Assembly: GCA_002269645.1 (NCBI GenBank) | Contig: NIVC01001809.1 | Span: 124,001-188,000 of the forward strand | Direction of reading: 5' to 3' | Source: Macrostomum lignano | Lineage: Eukaryota | Length of the DNA: 64,000 nucleotides | In this document: positions 37,373 to 53,272 of the stretch, in pieces | How positions within the stretch are numbered: the first letter of the stretch is position 1 | Layout: each line of letters opens with the position of its first letter | Translations under genes and position numbers: made by a program | The notes under the pieces: generated by a model | What the model was told of the DNA's origin: nothing | Databases searched by the model: none | The model's input: only the letters and a program-made list of their open reading frames with translations

Positions 37373-37703
37373 TTAAGAGACTCCATCATTTCTGCCAGCT
37401 TAATAGAGGGTCCGCGGCCCCCTGCCCTCATACCTATACGCCCCTGCCCTGCATGTACATAGAAGTGGGCGCTTGATGTTGTGGTATACCCCAAAACCTG
37501 TCTTATTCCAACAGTAAACTCACTAGTGGCTGAGCAGCACTGGTCACATGAGCTCTTCAATTGGCTGGCAGACCAAAGCTACTCTTGGTTGCCCTGGGCG
37601 ACTTTCATGGAAGCATCTCTAAAGCGATTAATTTCAAGTGCCAGACTGCTTAGCAAGCCAACTCTCTACTGACACAACGCATACAGATCGAGCTAACAAC
37701 AGA

Positions 37704-38720
37704 ATGCAGGCTGTGTTATTCCCCCTGATTCTTTGGTCAGCTGTGACAACTGCTCACGGCTGCTCTCCGACCAGTTCTATAAAGTTCGCTAAAACGGACA
37801 AGTGCCCAGAAACTGCGAAAATCTCACAGCTACAAAAGCTAGAAGGAAGTCATTCGGTAGAGCTCTGCGTGTACAAATGTGCAACCAGAACCGACTGCGC
37901 GGCCACTTACCGAAGCCAGGAAGGTATTTGCTATTTTGGCACTGCATTTCAGCTGAGTTCAATTTTTACACCCGCCAGCCCACCTGCAGCTGCTGGATGT
38001 GTGAGCTACTTCAAGAATGCGGCAACCGCTGCAGCCGCGCCTCAAGTGCCTGGACTCGATTCCGCACTGGCTTCGAAACTGCTTCTACTGTACGACTTCA
38101 GGCAGGGCTACAGCAACCTGGTTAATCCGGCTAAGTATAATGTCACTCCTTACGGTACCATCTCGCAGACCTCCTCAGGTGCCTATTTTCCAGGAGGAGT
38201 TAGTAGCTATATTGAAGTTGACAACGATGGCAACACTCTCGTCCCGAGCTTCCTGACAAAGACAAAAAGCTTTACCTTCTTTGTCAGGTTACTTAGAAAT
38301 GCGCACAATGCGCAAGTCTATCACCATTTCTATGATTGTTCGACTAACAACAAGCGAGGTTACTTGGGTGAACAGGGCGGTAGATTATTCGTTGAACATC
38401 TATCGTATCACGATGCAACTTTTGTCTCTCAGAGCAGCAGTAGTGCAGTGCTGCTGGCAGATGGCACTCTTCAATTAGCATCCGTCGGAGCTGTGTTCTC
38501 TGTTGGCAGTCTAAATAACTTTTATCTGAATGGATCTTTCATTGGTCCTGGCGTTAGTACCGGCTACAATCCGTCTGGAACTCCCAGCTGCTTGCGTCTT
38601 GGCTACTCAACCGATTCTGGTGCTGCTCTTCAAGGCCGGATGATTTGTTACGCTATAGCCAAGGAGGCGCTCACGGAGGCTGAGCTGCAGCAGCTGGACA
38701 ACTTTTGCCAAGACACTTAA
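37704..38720 (+). CDS. Secreted PAN/apple + LamG/concanavalin-A-like protein (paralog 1), intronless
   Basis: Signal MQAVLFPLILWSAVTTAHG; 6-Cys PAN-like module (CPET...CVYKC...DC...GICY...GCVSY); C-terminal beta-sandwich LLLLYDFRQGYSNLVNPAKY...FPGG..SYIEV...CLRLGY...LQGRMICYAIAKEAL. Confidence 0.88.
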   Translation: MQAVLFPLILWSAVTTAHGCSPTSSIKFAKTDKCPETAKISQLQKLEGSHSVELCVYKCATRTDCAATYRSQEGICYFGTAFQLSSIFTPASPPAAAGCVSYFKNAATAAAAPQVPGLDSALASKLLLLYDFRQGYSNLVNPAKYNVTPYGTISQTSSGAYFPGGVSSYIEVDNDGNTLVPSFLTKTKSFTFFVRLLRNAHNAQVYHHFYDCSTNNKRGYLGEQGGRLFVEHLSYHDATFVSQSSSSAVLLADGTLQLASVGAVFSVGSLNNFYLNGSFIGPGVSTGYNPSGTPSCLRLGYSTDSGAALQGRMICYAIAKEALTEAELQQLDNFCQDT

Positions 38721-39039
38721 AAGAAAAAATCCATAGACTCATCGAATTTGAGCAACGATCATTTTATTTGCATTATCGAACTTTTGGAAAAAATATTCAA
38801 TATGCCACTTGTCAGCAGAACTTTCATCTCCTGACTTAGTTAGAGTCAGTGGGTCTGTGTTTAACGGGGCGCACTTTAAGCGACATTGTCACACAACCGG
38901 CGAAAGGCATTTACTGCCCATTCCTCGCGCCGACTCCCCTGAGCTGGCACACAAGTGCGCGGATACATATCGGAGTCATACGCACAGTCACAAACTCACC
39001 CAGGAGTGTACAGCGGTCCTAAATTGATTTAATCGTTAG

Positions 39040-39160
39040 GCATGTACACTTCACTGAGATTTGGGGTTGGCCCACAAAGGCGTTAAACTTGGAATCGAGC
39101 CTGGGACGCTGGCACATCAGAACGACGCGCTATAGACCCCTATAGGCTACCCCTACGGCT
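39040..39160 (-). mobile_element. tRNA-derived SINE head fragment
   Basis: Minus strand B-box-like CAGGCTCGATTCC after a degenerate tRNA-like head. Confidence 0.4.
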
Positions 39161-40329
39161 GACCACAGGCTTTAAATATAGATTTGCGTGCTCATTCTAA
39201 TAGGTAAAACTGTATAATGAATGGTCACGTGTGGTATGTGCAGTTTATTTACACCCATAGCTGGGTCAATCTAGCAAGTATGTGCAATGCAGTTACATTA
39301 TGGTGTACAGCTAAGTCTTTTTAAAGACAGGACTTATGCCGACAGGAACTGAAAGGACGTGAAGTCGGTTAATTTTTTAGTCTCTACTTTTATGCGCTCT
39401 TTTCTTATATTCCTGTACCCTTTGGCATGTTTGATTAAGCGTAATACACGTAACTGATAAATTTATATGTAATCATTTTTTTTTTCATTTTTTATTTTGA
39501 TGCCACGATATTTGCTCTTGCTACTAATATTCAAGCTGGAATCAATCTTAATCGATAATCTTTCTATTTCTATTACTATTTTTTCTTTAACTTTTAAACA
39601 AAATTTTTTTAAATGTATTTCTCTGTCGATCGATACTTCGAAGGCAAATTTAAATTGTGATACAAAAACGTTGCCTAAGCAAGATTTATCTCTTAAAGAG
39701 CACTTAAAAAGTTAATACTGTACACCAACGGTATAAACTTTTGGACGTTAAGCTCCATTGTTACTGATAAGAGCTATGTTCAGGTCTGTGACAGGCAACT
39801 CTTGAAAGATTTTGCAATGACTTTCATATCGGCCAAATTGTTACCTCTTCTTCGCAAATGCAGAATTATTATAATATTCTTTGCGCTCATAAAGCATTAC
39901 TTAAAGTAGCAATTAAAGCTGTCTTTACTAATACCGTATAAAACTGTTACTATTTCGTTGTAAGCTACTGTATTATAGTTTAAGCCTAGTGGTCCTTGGT
40001 TTCTTTTTTATAAAATAAGCAACATGTATTTGAAAGCTAACGTGCCCATCTTCTATAATAAGCAAATATGAAATCCATAATTTTACCTAGTAGTTAATAC
40101 TGTAATGTATTTCATGATGTTTACTTTGATCAAGCTTTGATAATCAAATTGTTTAAAAACCGTCAAATCACTCGGATCAAACAGAATAGTCACAACAATA
40201 TTTAGTTACGAATAATAATAGCTCGTAATGATAATTAATTATACCCACCCAATTACGCCAGATGTGCAACCCACAGCTATAATTGCGCGGCGCATCTGAA
40301 GGCTGCGTACGGCTGTTCAGTCCAAGGAC

Positions 40330-40533
40330 TGGGGGGTCGCCACACACACACTCTCAATTACCCGGCCCACCCAGCTAATGCTGGCACCCATTTTACAGCT
40401 GGGTGAACTGTAGCAATGCAGAGTTAAGAGTATCCTGCTCAAGGACACAAATTGTTCTTGCGGAATAGGGAATCGAACCCCCGACCTTCAAGTCGTGAGT
40501 CCCGACGCTCTAACCACTCGGCTACAACCCCCT
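40330..40533 (-). mobile_element. tRNA-head SINE with a CORE-like central domain
   Basis: Minus: GTAGCCGAGTGGTTAGAGCGTCGGGACTCACGACTTGAAGGTCGGGGGTTCGATTCCC (A and B boxes), then GTGTCCTTGAGCAGGATACTCTTAACTC...CAGCTGTAAAATGGG, resembling the MIR CORE consensus. Confidence 0.8.
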
Positions 40534-40679
40534 ACTTTCTTACAACCCCCATGGTTACAAAAAAGAAGTACTTATAAAGCACAGCAAAAGAAGCGCAATG
40601 TCACGGCAATAGTCAAGGCTTCGAACTGCGTAATTCACACTGGGTATATGCCTCGAAAAATCGAAACTTGAAAACATTG

Positions 40680-40800
40680 CAAAGTCGCCACTCTATGCGC
40701 CAGTGAGCAATTTCTCTTGGACTATTCTGAAATAAAAGATACGAGAAAACTGATCGGGGTAGCTTTAATCCGTCCAATCCTCGCACACTTCATTCGTCAA
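40680..40800 (-). repeat. Inverted partial copy of the MITE interior at 47100-47230
   Basis: AAAGTCGCCACTCTATGCGCC...AAACTGATCGGGGTAGCTTTAATCCG matches the reverse complement of ~47130-47230. Confidence 0.75.
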
Positions 40801-42467
40801 CTCAAGTCTGCCGCGGCCTTAGCAAGTTGCGTCACTCGCAAAGATTGAGAGACTTTACCCGCACTTTCAAAAGTGGCGACCACAGATGGAATTTTCTGTG
40901 ATGAAGACATTTCTACTTGTTTGTTGCTGAGGATATTTATTTTCTGTACATATTTTTACCCCCGTTGCCCTTCTCGAGCAGTGTGGAACATTAAAGCATA
41001 GTTTTTACTATTACGAACATTTCGTGCCTTTTTTAATATTAACTCTCGCACTAGATGGTGCGACTTAAGTTTTAATATCACTGTGACTGTTAACTCGTGT
41101 GTTTGCGTACAACTGTACCCATATGGGGCTGAGAGTCTGTATGAGAACTTATGATAAGTTTTGTCTGAGAGCTGCGCAATGTATTGTTGACTGTTTTTTG
41201 TGTGTCCATCCACACGAGCGCTCGCCAGACAAGACACCGCGCACTTGTTACAAGGTAGAGTTTAGAAAGTAGTCAACGCGCCTGCATGGCCGAGGGAAGA
41301 ATGGCATGGCATGCCCCCACTTGGCCATCAATTTCATTATATTTACCAGTTTTATTGATACAGTACATCGTGTAATTCAAGTGCGGCAGGGTGAGGTGCG
41401 AGCTAGGTGACTTAAGACAGACTGGAGAGGCTTGGCGCGGGACACCAGAGAAGCACAACAACACTTAAGAGTATAGTCGAGCGTATACGCTTGCTATTCA
41501 TGACTAGGGTAATGTTCAGTATACTGTCTCGAGCTGCTCTATGACTGTTTAGATCTGAGGCCCATTAGCTCGATCTTTTACTGAGTTCAAATAAACAAAA
41601 TGATAAGCGAACAAAACTGAAAAGTTCCCTTTTTCTCACAGTATAATAGGACGCCAGGGGGGGGGCAGCTCCACTTTTCAGCCGTTGCTCATTTGCTCAT
41701 TGCCGTTGCAGTTCAGCCGTCGCGCTAGTTTGGCCAGTTTGTGCTGGCTTTATATTTCTACGAACAACGTAAGTTTTGCCTTTTCTTTAACTGTACTATT
41801 TGAACTGTTGAAATCAGTAACATGCTTCCGAAATTAAGACTATGGTACTAAGGTAGTCAACAGCTAGCCCCGAACTCACGCTAGCACGCGGCTTAAATGT
41901 TAAGCCGTTTATTTAATACTACTAGCTTTATCACAGGCGTAGTTTGAGCAAGGATTTTTTATGAGGCATGTCTCAGCCTGCTGTCGAGGGGGGGGGGGGG
42001 CGCCAAGCCTGCTGGAAGGGGAGGGACCGCCGACCCTCTGGTTCCCCTGGCACTCTGGCTATAAGGCCAGAGTCTGTTGCAGCTTTTCAACACTAATGTA
42101 ACTTTAGAGCCCGTAAGTGATGGTGCCCTGGTGTCTTAAGAACCTGGTGTTAAAGCCCCTGGTGCTAAAGCCTCTGTTGCTAAAGCTCCTGGGGAAAAAA
42201 TTTGTCCCCCCCCCATTAAAACTTGGCCTGGCTACGTGATGGCGTTTTCGTATCACCAGTGGTCTCTGATGACAGTAGCTTTGATGTGCATGCGTCTACA
42301 CTGTCATCCATGGATATGCAGTGCATCAATGCAGTATAACAGAGTCAATATACTAGGCTAAATTACAAATTCACCCACCAAACTGCAGGTCCGGTAATGC
42401 GCACAGCCATAAGGGTCAGTAAAGGTCAACTACCATTGCTGCATAACATTGTGTCGAAGAATTCACA

Positions 42468-45232
<2,765 letters not shown>

Positions 45233-45292
45233 AAGGATTGCAGTAAAACATTTCAGTTGCTTTAAAGTAACTTTTATAACATCATATAGCAT

Positions 45293-45632
45293 CAAGAGAT
45301 TGGGTGTGATCCTGAGAGATTGTGTGTGATCCTGAGAGATTGTGTGTGCTTCTGAGAGATTTGTGTGATCCTGAGAGATTGTGTGTGATCCTGAGAGATT
45401 GTGTGTGATCCTGAGAGATTTATGTGTGATCCTGAGAGATTTGTGTGATCCTGAGAGATTTATGTGTGATCCTGAGAGATTTTGTGTGATCCTGAGAGAT
45501 TTATGTGTGATCCTGAGAGATTTTGTGTGAACCTGAGAGATTGTGTGTGATCCTGAGAGATTGTGTGTGATCCTGAGAGATTTTGTGTGATCCTAAGAGA
45601 TTGTGTGTGATCCTTAGAGATTTTGTGTGATT
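45293..45632. repeat. ~19-20-bp repeat (CTGAGAGATTGTGTGTGATC)
   Basis: Directly visible. Confidence 0.9.
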
Positions 45633-46279
45633 GATTGTACAAAATATTTTTCTTGATTGTTAAATCCCTGAGTCCAAGGAAGGAACCTGGATGAAATGCC
45701 TCATCCTTTCTTAACCAACTGCTCCGACAAGTAGACAGGAATGAGACAAACTTCAAAACATTTTCTTTAAGATGTGAAACTTTTATTAAATTTTTATTGC
45801 TGTGAAGGGTAATGCTAAATGCGTTAGCTGTTTGATGTGTCTATAAAATACAAAATATTACCTTTAAGTTATGTCCCACTAACCTGCTTTTTAGAAAAAC
45901 TCTGTCTAACAACCCTCAAAATCACAAGTACAAATTGCTATTCAAAGCTTCAAAGCTATACGTTTTACTTTTCAACTCATCGTTTTATGAAGATGCTTTG
46001 CTTTAAGTTTTTGTTGTAATTTTTTTATGATAACAATGTTCTTAATTAGCGTGTATTTTATCGGCATTGCAGGTGCACCTATCAACGATGCAAAATGTTT
46101 GAAACTTTTAATGAAGTATTTTCTGCCGAAACAAGGATTTTTTTTGTTTAAAATTTATTACAAAGTGAAATTTATAAAAATATAGTTATAGTTTGAAACT
46201 TTGATATTTCTATTGTTACTTTTCAGAGCACATTCAGTCGAATAATGAGAGCTAGATACTTTGAAACTGACGTGACTTG

Positions 46280-46590
46280 AACCGGAGGCTGAATAGTAAA
46301 TTGGGAACCGGAAGTTGAATGGTGGATTGGGAACCGGAGGCTGAATAGTTAATCGGGAACCGGAGGCTGAATAGTGGATGGGGAACCGGAAGCTGGATAT
46401 TTGTGGATGGGGAACCGGAAGCTGGATATTTGTGGATGGGGAACCGGAAGCTGGATATTTAAGGATGGGGAACCGGAAGCTGGATATTTGTGGATGGGGA
46501 ACCGGAAGCTGAATAGTGGATTGAGAACCGGAAGCTGAGTAGTGGATGGGGAGCCGGAAGCTGAATAGTGGATTGAGAACCGGAAGCTGG
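46280..46590. repeat. ~24-bp repeat (GGGAACCGGAAGCTGAATAGTGGAT)
   Basis: Directly visible. Confidence 0.88.
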
Positions 46591-46989
46591 GACAAAGGAG
46601 CGGCGACCGACATTTAAATGTAACGGCGAATTTTCGTTTAAATTTAAAAAAATTAGAGTTAAGTTGAAAATTTTGAACAAACAGATGAAATATTTTAATC
46701 ATTCACTCTGCTGCCACTTGGCACAGGGAGATTAACCAGGAGATCGTAAACGTAGAGAAGGTGCTGTGCAGAGACTTGACTCAGAGCTAAGCGGACCGTC
46801 GCTGCATAATTGTCTTCCAAATTATTCAATTGTTCCCACGGTGATCTATGTATGTTTTAATCTAGAAGTTTATAAGCAGGCTGAAATGATATGCAGTCAA
46901 GTGTGTGTGGTTTCAGTGCAATACTTGTACCTGGTCGAAGTTACAAACCTATACAGAAGACTTCTGTGATGGCCCCCGGTCGTATTATA

Positions 46990-47340
46990 TATACTCAGCA
47001 ACATCTAAAAGTCGCCACCACAGAAGATTTCGTCTGAACTTAGCTTCCGTCTTCCCTGAGTGACTCAACTTAGCTACCCATGGAAGACTTGAGTCAAGGA
47101 ATGAAGTGGGGAGCGGTGTGCAAGGGTTGGGCGGATTAAAGCTACCCCGATCAGTTTTATCGTATCTTTTATTTGAGAATAGACCAAGAGAAGTCGCCAA
47201 CTGCATGGCGCATAGAGTGGCGACTTTTGAATAGTGGATATAGTCCACTATTATAGTCCACTATTATAGTCCACTATTATAGTCCACTATTATAGTCCAC
47301 TATAGTCCACTATAGTCCAGTATATGTTGCTGAAGATATA
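46990..47340. mobile_element. MITE with Tc1-like TIRs and an internal TATAGTCCAC repeat
   Basis: TATATACTCAGCAACAT at ~46988 and ATGTTGCTGAAGATATA ending 47340. Confidence 0.6.
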
Positions 47341-47734
47341 TTCCGGCCATTTTGAGACTTGAGAAGTTTTTAAGATTTGTCTATTTCATGGCGTATATTA
47401 AGTCAAGCTTTGCCAATCGAATCTTTAAAAAACAATCAAATCACTGCATGGGATCGAACTGACGTACTGACGTACTACTGACAGATAAGGACAACGTACT
47501 AAGAAAGAAGTACATGTAGAATCTGAAAAAAACAGAGTAACCTGCCCCGATGTTTGAGTATCCCCTGTGTAGTGTGAGCATCTTTTGCGATAGCCTTGTA
47601 TTCTATTAGTTAGGTTTTTCATTATTGTTATTGAATTATTATTTTGCTTTAGTTTAGTCATACGTTTTTGGTGTACTTTTTCCTTGTTAGTTAGAATCAA
47701 TTTTGCGTAAACAGGTTAGAAGTTAGACGCCATT

Positions 47735-48768
47735 TGTGACTCAGCGGAGGGTTGAGTTTTTGTCTGCGAACCCCAGCTTTGCGCGGCCAGCCAATCAGAA
47801 CCGGCCTGGACCCTGGCACGCGGCAAGTTCCAATTCTACCCGGCGCCGCGGGCACAGTACAATTCGGCTTAAGCAAGCGGCCGGCCAGACGACCACCACC
47901 CGGCTTGAGGGGGTTTTGAGGGGTTGTGACTTTGACTATATATGAAAGTGTGTTTGGCAATCGGATCTCGCCTTCTCTCCTCGCCTTCTCTTTCCCCGGT
48001 TTTGTCTTGTCCAGCTTCCCGGCCGGTGGCCCGATTTTTCTCCTCTCTTGTTGGTTCGCGCTTTGAGGCGCCTGAATTCATCACCCCCGGTCCGTGTTTT
48101 TGTCCCCCGCCCAACCGCTTCAGTCTTGTAGCGTAACGATTCGGCATCCTTGTCTGACGTCGTCGCTATCAAGCGCGGTTTAGATAGAGACTGTCGGATC
48201 TGACCAAGTACGCGGCCTCGATCCCGAGGGCCTCAGTGTCACACTGAAGGGCAGTGCCGATAGAATTTAGTCGGTACTCCGTTGAACGGTCGATTCGGCA
48301 GGGCTCTCGTTTGAGTGTAGGTTCTGGCTTAGGCCAGGGGTTGGGAGTCTTTCTCCGTGGTCCTGTGTTCGGTGCCTCCTTCTTCTTCTTCAAGCTGAGA
48401 TCCGCTTGTCAGTGCGTAATATAATCATTATTATTAATCGTTATTATTCGTTATCATCAGTCTAATTATCTGCGCCGCGAATTTGCTTGAATCCTGTAGC
48501 CTGAATAATCAAATTAAATCGTCTAGCCATTATCAGCTTTATTCATATAGGATTATCACTCTCTAAATCTTTCGGTTCGTGTTCACCTGTGTTCCTTCTT
48601 TTCTTGTACCGTACTGTGACTATTGGAGAAAGATTGGTAGGACTCGCTGACCGGCGATAGGCGATTAGGATCAATAGCTTTAAAATCTCTGACGCTCCAA
48701 GTAGGTTTGTCTAGGGCCTAAATAATTGCTCACCGTGCATGCTATTATCTAATTGCCTATTTATCACA
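47735..48768 (+). mobile_element. Possible solo LTR
   Basis: TGTGA...TCACA ends, CCAATCAG (~47792) and TATATAT (~47937); no target-site duplication found. Confidence 0.3.
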
Positions 48769-49268
48769 CCTGTAAAAATGTATCTCTTGTTGTAGTCATT
48801 GCTGCGAGTAAAGCGTGAGCCAAGTCAGGACCTTGGTAAATTTTTGTGTTATTCAATTCATTGGTTGTCTACGGGCTTGGAGCAATTTTTATTTGAGAAG
48901 CAAATGCGCGAAGCGAAGGTATCTTAAAATAAAAGACACCGCGCGCCACTCAATTACTGCATTTCACTTCAAAGGTTTTTTACAAAGCTTACCGCGCTCC
49001 CTTCTCCTCGAAGTCTAAACGATGATACTTCAAAAACAAAAGCTGAAAATATTGTTCGCAAAGCAGATAGTATAGGTTGTCAAGTGGCCCCAAAAGCATT
49101 CTTACAAGTACGACTCCAGCTTGTTCAGTGCACAATTCATGAGATTATTTCTTTGTTCTACATTAAAGGCGTTGGTTATATAAGTACTGCATACCAGGTA
49201 GAAGAAAAGCTTCGATGAAGACTCTATACAAGCGCAGCATCATTTTCAGTGAAGCCGGAGCTAGAGTA

Positions 49269-49655
49269 ATGCTCACCAAAGCTACAATTCTTCTGTATCT
49301 CACAACAACTGCCGTCTGCAGCTGTGCTCCGAAGTCTCGGACAAAGTTTAAAACCATTTTCAGTTGTCCGTCGGAAGTTGATTTTATCCATCTGAACAGA
49401 ATCGATGGAGCTCAGGCCAGTGCTGCGTCTTGTATCTGGGCCTGCGCGGCTCGACAGAGCTGCTATGTGGCATTCGTATCGAAGGACCTTGTGTGCTATT
49501 TGGGAAACGAGAAGAATATGTCCGAGTACTTCAATTCGCTTGGAGATCCCACGGCTGTGTGCAAGAGCTACGTAAAGGGTTCGGAGCCAATGGAGGGCTC
49601 ATCATCAACAGGATCACGTGGCATGTTAGCCGTTCCCGTTTCCCCAGGGCTATAA
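49269..49655 (+). CDS. Secreted PAN/apple-only protein (paralog 2)
   Basis: Signal MLTKATILLYLTTTAVCSC; same 6-Cys spacing (CPSE...CIWAC...SC...VCYLG...VCKSYVK) as paralogs 1 and 3. Confidence 0.75.
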   Translation: MLTKATILLYLTTTAVCSCAPKSRTKFKTIFSCPSEVDFIHLNRIDGAQASAASCIWACAARQSCYVAFVSKDLVCYLGNEKNMSEYFNSLGDPTAVCKSYVKGSEPMEGSSSTGSRGMLAVPVSPGL

Positions 49656-51713
49656 CAAATTAATGCATTTCTGGGAGTCTTCAGATGGACGCTAAAATGT
49701 CGTATACGTGAAAGGTTTGCCTGAACTAGACTTGAATTGCGAGAGATGCGAAAAGTCAGCATGTACTATTTCAATGACAGCAATACGCTGACAGGTAAAA
49801 TTATACAGAATTGTAGACTTAGGGAAACGATCTAAATACCAGTTTATTTATAAGCAATTATTGGAATATATTTCTTCTTCAGATTATATTATATTCAAGT
49901 CCAGTTCCATCCCAAAAGACGCTCAATTGGTTCTGCCCAATTCCGGATTTAGATTCTTTTTTATAAAGTGAAACATTCTGTTATTCTGTCGGAACCTACG
50001 CTCGTGCTAAAGTAGCTTCACTACGATTGAAAAATATATATGGGACCTGTGTGTGCGCATATTCGATATGTCTTCGAGTCTTAAAAATCACATTGATTTG
50101 TTATGATAAGAACACAAATTTTGTTGACTACCGAGTATAGAGCTACTGTACGTAGTCGTGAGAATATTATGGGCACTCTTTGAGATCTGCTCTGAAGGTA
50201 AATAGTGCAATTAATTAAGATGAGCACAAGACGCACAGAGCTGACGCACGTTGAGATGCTTCTTCAGAAAGATTTGTTATATCACTTATTTAATCTAGTT
50301 AATAATTAAGTTGAGTTAATCAAAAATAGGCATCACTTGCATTACCATTGCAAATAAAAAAGAGAAATGTACGCTCCTATTTCTTCGCTTTTGACAACGA
50401 TCGAAGTAGGTTGTGAGGGTGTCGAATTCTGTCTGTCCGATACTTTATGGATTATTCGAGCGTAACATTGACATTTGCGATTTTTCAATGTAATCTTAAT
50501 TAATTAATTTGATCTATTCATATCTAATCTGATCAATACTTAATTTTGTTTTAATTGTATCTTAAAGGTGAATTATTTTGAAGCGTAATTATTGTGTCTT
50601 TTAAACCATCTGCTCTGCTCTTCACTCGGGCGCTAGCATTGTCTTGTGACCAACCACTCGCTGCGGTCTCTATACTGCAAAAACTCAATCTTTTACATGC
50701 TAGACTAAAGGCCCTTAATCGTATTATGCGTTAAATACTACGGAAGCCTGCCCCTTTCGATTGTAAGACGGCTGTCGATTAAATAAAAATAAATTATACA
50801 TATTCTCAGCAAAAGCATATACTTCACAACTACTGCTCGCTTCGTCACAAGGTCATCGATGTAACTAGCGCAACAGCTTTCAACCAAAGCGCCGGGTGCT
50901 ATTCATTTAAAAGACTTAGTTGATAAGAAAAAAACATTTACCCTGTTAGCTAAAGAATAGACAACAAAAGGAATCCAGTTTAAACAAAGAGAAGAATTTT
51001 CAAAGCAACAATCTAGTAAATCTCTTTCTATACTGACTTGAAACTGCAGCCGTAACACGAACACCAAGACAAGCTATTAAATACTCGTAACTTTGGAATT
51101 TGTACAAGTAAGTCATGGCGCTTGAGCAACACTGGAGCACACGATGCGTTGCGTTCTGAGGCCTGCCTTCGCGCATGCACCATAAAACTTTTTTACAATT
51201 GAAGCATTCTTACATGTAGCTCGATTGTATCAGTAAAAGTCTATCCTTGGTGGTGTCTTGGCTGTCCATCAAGAAAGCTGTCAATCAAAATTTTAAATCG
51301 GTAGGGTGGAAAAGCACCTAACAATCAGGGTTTTATGCGGTTTCTCTGCTCATATAACGAGCTGTTTTCGTGAAAGAAAATATGCAATAAATCTAAAAAG
51401 CTTTCTTCCATTCAAATATTCCAGACAATGTCTGAGTTACTTAAGACGCTTTTATCTGTGCATTAAGCAGAAAACTCAAAATGCAAACTGACTAAATGAC
51501 AGACAAGATCGGTGCAATTCAATGCCAGTCAAAGACAAAGAAGTGCTTCCAGATGCCTTTAAATGGACGTAAATGTAATAGGTAAGAACCGTATTTAAAC
51601 TACAGATATCAGACTACAGTCGGGGCCTCAATTTTGAGCATCGTTCTAACATCTTGCAAATCAAACAGACAATAACCGAAACAACAAATCATTTGCTTTG
51701 TCTGAAGTGGAAA

Positions 51714-52811
51714 ATGTATAATAAAGCTCGTTGGGGCTCCCACGCCATTTTGCTGACGCTACTGCTGCTGGCAACTCTCTGCTCCGCCAACCAGAAGACC
51801 TCGCTGCTCCGGCCTGTGCTCAAGTGCCCATCGGAGGCGAGCCTGGCCGCGCTGAGTCCCGTCGACTTCGCCCACGACTTGTTTGACTGCACCGTGGCCT
51901 GCGTTGGCTCCAACCTCTGCTCTGGTGTTCACTTCTCCAAAGTCAATGGCAAGTGTTACCATGGTAACAGTCTGCAGCTGAGTAGTCTGTGGGACCGAAT
52001 CAGCACCGATCCAACTGACGGCTGCGTGACCTACGTGAAAAGCGATGACGACTCTACTAACTCTGCTTCAACCAAGACTGGAGCTCTGACGAGTCCAACA
52101 AGTGCTACGAATCTCACACATGTATCCGTGATCTCAGGTCTGAGCTCTGCTCTGGCCAACAAGCTGGTCATTTTGTTTGACTTCAGACAGGGCTACTCGA
52201 ACCTCGCTAATCCAGCCAAGTACCCGGCCACTCCCCACGGCTCGGTCACTCGAGACAGCCAGGGCGCTCACTTTCCAGGAAACAAGGCGGATTTTATCGA
52301 GGTCGACACTGATAGTAACACGCTGGCTTCTGGCTACCTGGACCACTCGCACAACTTCACCTTCTATGCGAGAGCGGTGCGGCAAACCTGGGGCCAGCAA
52401 CACTATCATTACTTTCACGACTGTAACGGCAGTCAGCGTGGCGAGTTCTCCGACCGCAACGGTCAGCTGTACGTCAGCCATTCCTTCTCTGAACAGAGCG
52501 CGCCGGGGGACCAGACTGAGACAGTTCAGTCGTTATCGAATGTCCTTCGCACCGACAACCAACCACAGGACGTTTCAGTTGCCGCCGTTTTTATTGGAAT
52601 TCGATTTGCTAGATTTTATTTCAACGGCACGGCTATGGCTGGTGGAGCCGACAATTACCTGGCGTTCGCTGGAGTTCCTCTGTGCTTGCGTCTCGGCTAC
52701 AATCCGACCAGCACTAACGCTCTCAAGGGTCGCTTCGTGTGCTACGCTATAGCCAAAGCGGCTCTCAGGACTGACGAAATTGACGAGCTGAATCGTTATT
52801 GCGGGTACTGA
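51714..52811 (+). CDS. Secreted PAN/apple + LamG/concanavalin-A-like protein (paralog 3), intronless
   Basis: Signal MYNKARWGSHAILLTLLLLATLCSA; PAN module; S/T-rich linker; LVILFDFRQGYSNLANPAKY...CLRLGY...LKGRFVCYAIAKAAL aligns with paralog 1. Confidence 0.9.
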   Translation: MYNKARWGSHAILLTLLLLATLCSANQKTSLLRPVLKCPSEASLAALSPVDFAHDLFDCTVACVGSNLCSGVHFSKVNGKCYHGNSLQLSSLWDRISTDPTDGCVTYVKSDDDSTNSASTKTGALTSPTSATNLTHVSVISGLSSALANKLVILFDFRQGYSNLANPAKYPATPHGSVTRDSQGAHFPGNKADFIEVDTDSNTLASGYLDHSHNFTFYARAVRQTWGQQHYHYFHDCNGSQRGEFSDRNGQLYVSHSFSEQSAPGDQTETVQSLSNVLRTDNQPQDVSVAAVFIGIRFARFYFNGTAMAGGADNYLAFAGVPLCLRLGYNPTSTNALKGRFVCYAIAKAALRTDEIDELNRYCGY

Positions 52812-52929
52812 TAATGAATCGGTTGCTAATATAAGCCACTTGTCATATGGTTGAACTTGGGAACACAGTGGTTATTATAGGGACAATTTCACCTAAGATG
52901 AGGCCTAACCTAAAAGACAGCTAGGGACA

Positions 52930-53272
52930 CCACCTAAAAGACAGTGACCCACCTAAAAGACAGTGACCCACCTAAAAGACAGTGACCCACCTAAAAGACA
53001 GTGACCCACCTAAAAGACAGTGACCCACCTAAAAGACAGTGACCCACCTAAAAGACAGTGACCCACCTAAAAGACAGTGACCCACCTAAAAGACAGTGAC
53101 CCACCTAAAAGACAGAGACCCACCTAAAAGACAGTGACCCACCTAAAAGACAGTGACCCACCTAAAAGACAGTGACCCACCTAGAAGACAGTGACCCCAC
53201 CTAAAAGACAGTGACCCCACCTAAAAGACAGTGACCCATCTAAAAGACAGTGACCCACCTAAAAGACAGCTG
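52930..53272. repeat. 19-bp tandem repeat (GACCCACCTAAAAGACAGT), ~17 copies
   Basis: Directly visible. Confidence 0.95.

Noticed and set aside
36784-37560. MASLT / DAIVR / DGVPY repeat proteins
   Set aside because: 15-bp tandem repeat; flanks show no coding features and the DGVPY frame has an upstream stop.
39040-40533. Functional tRNA genes
   Set aside because: The tRNA-like heads lack complete cloverleafs and continue into SINE bodies.
40956-41237. LINE ORF1-like fragment (VILKLKSHHLVRELILKKARNV)
   Set aside because: Similarity is too short and weak to support without a search.
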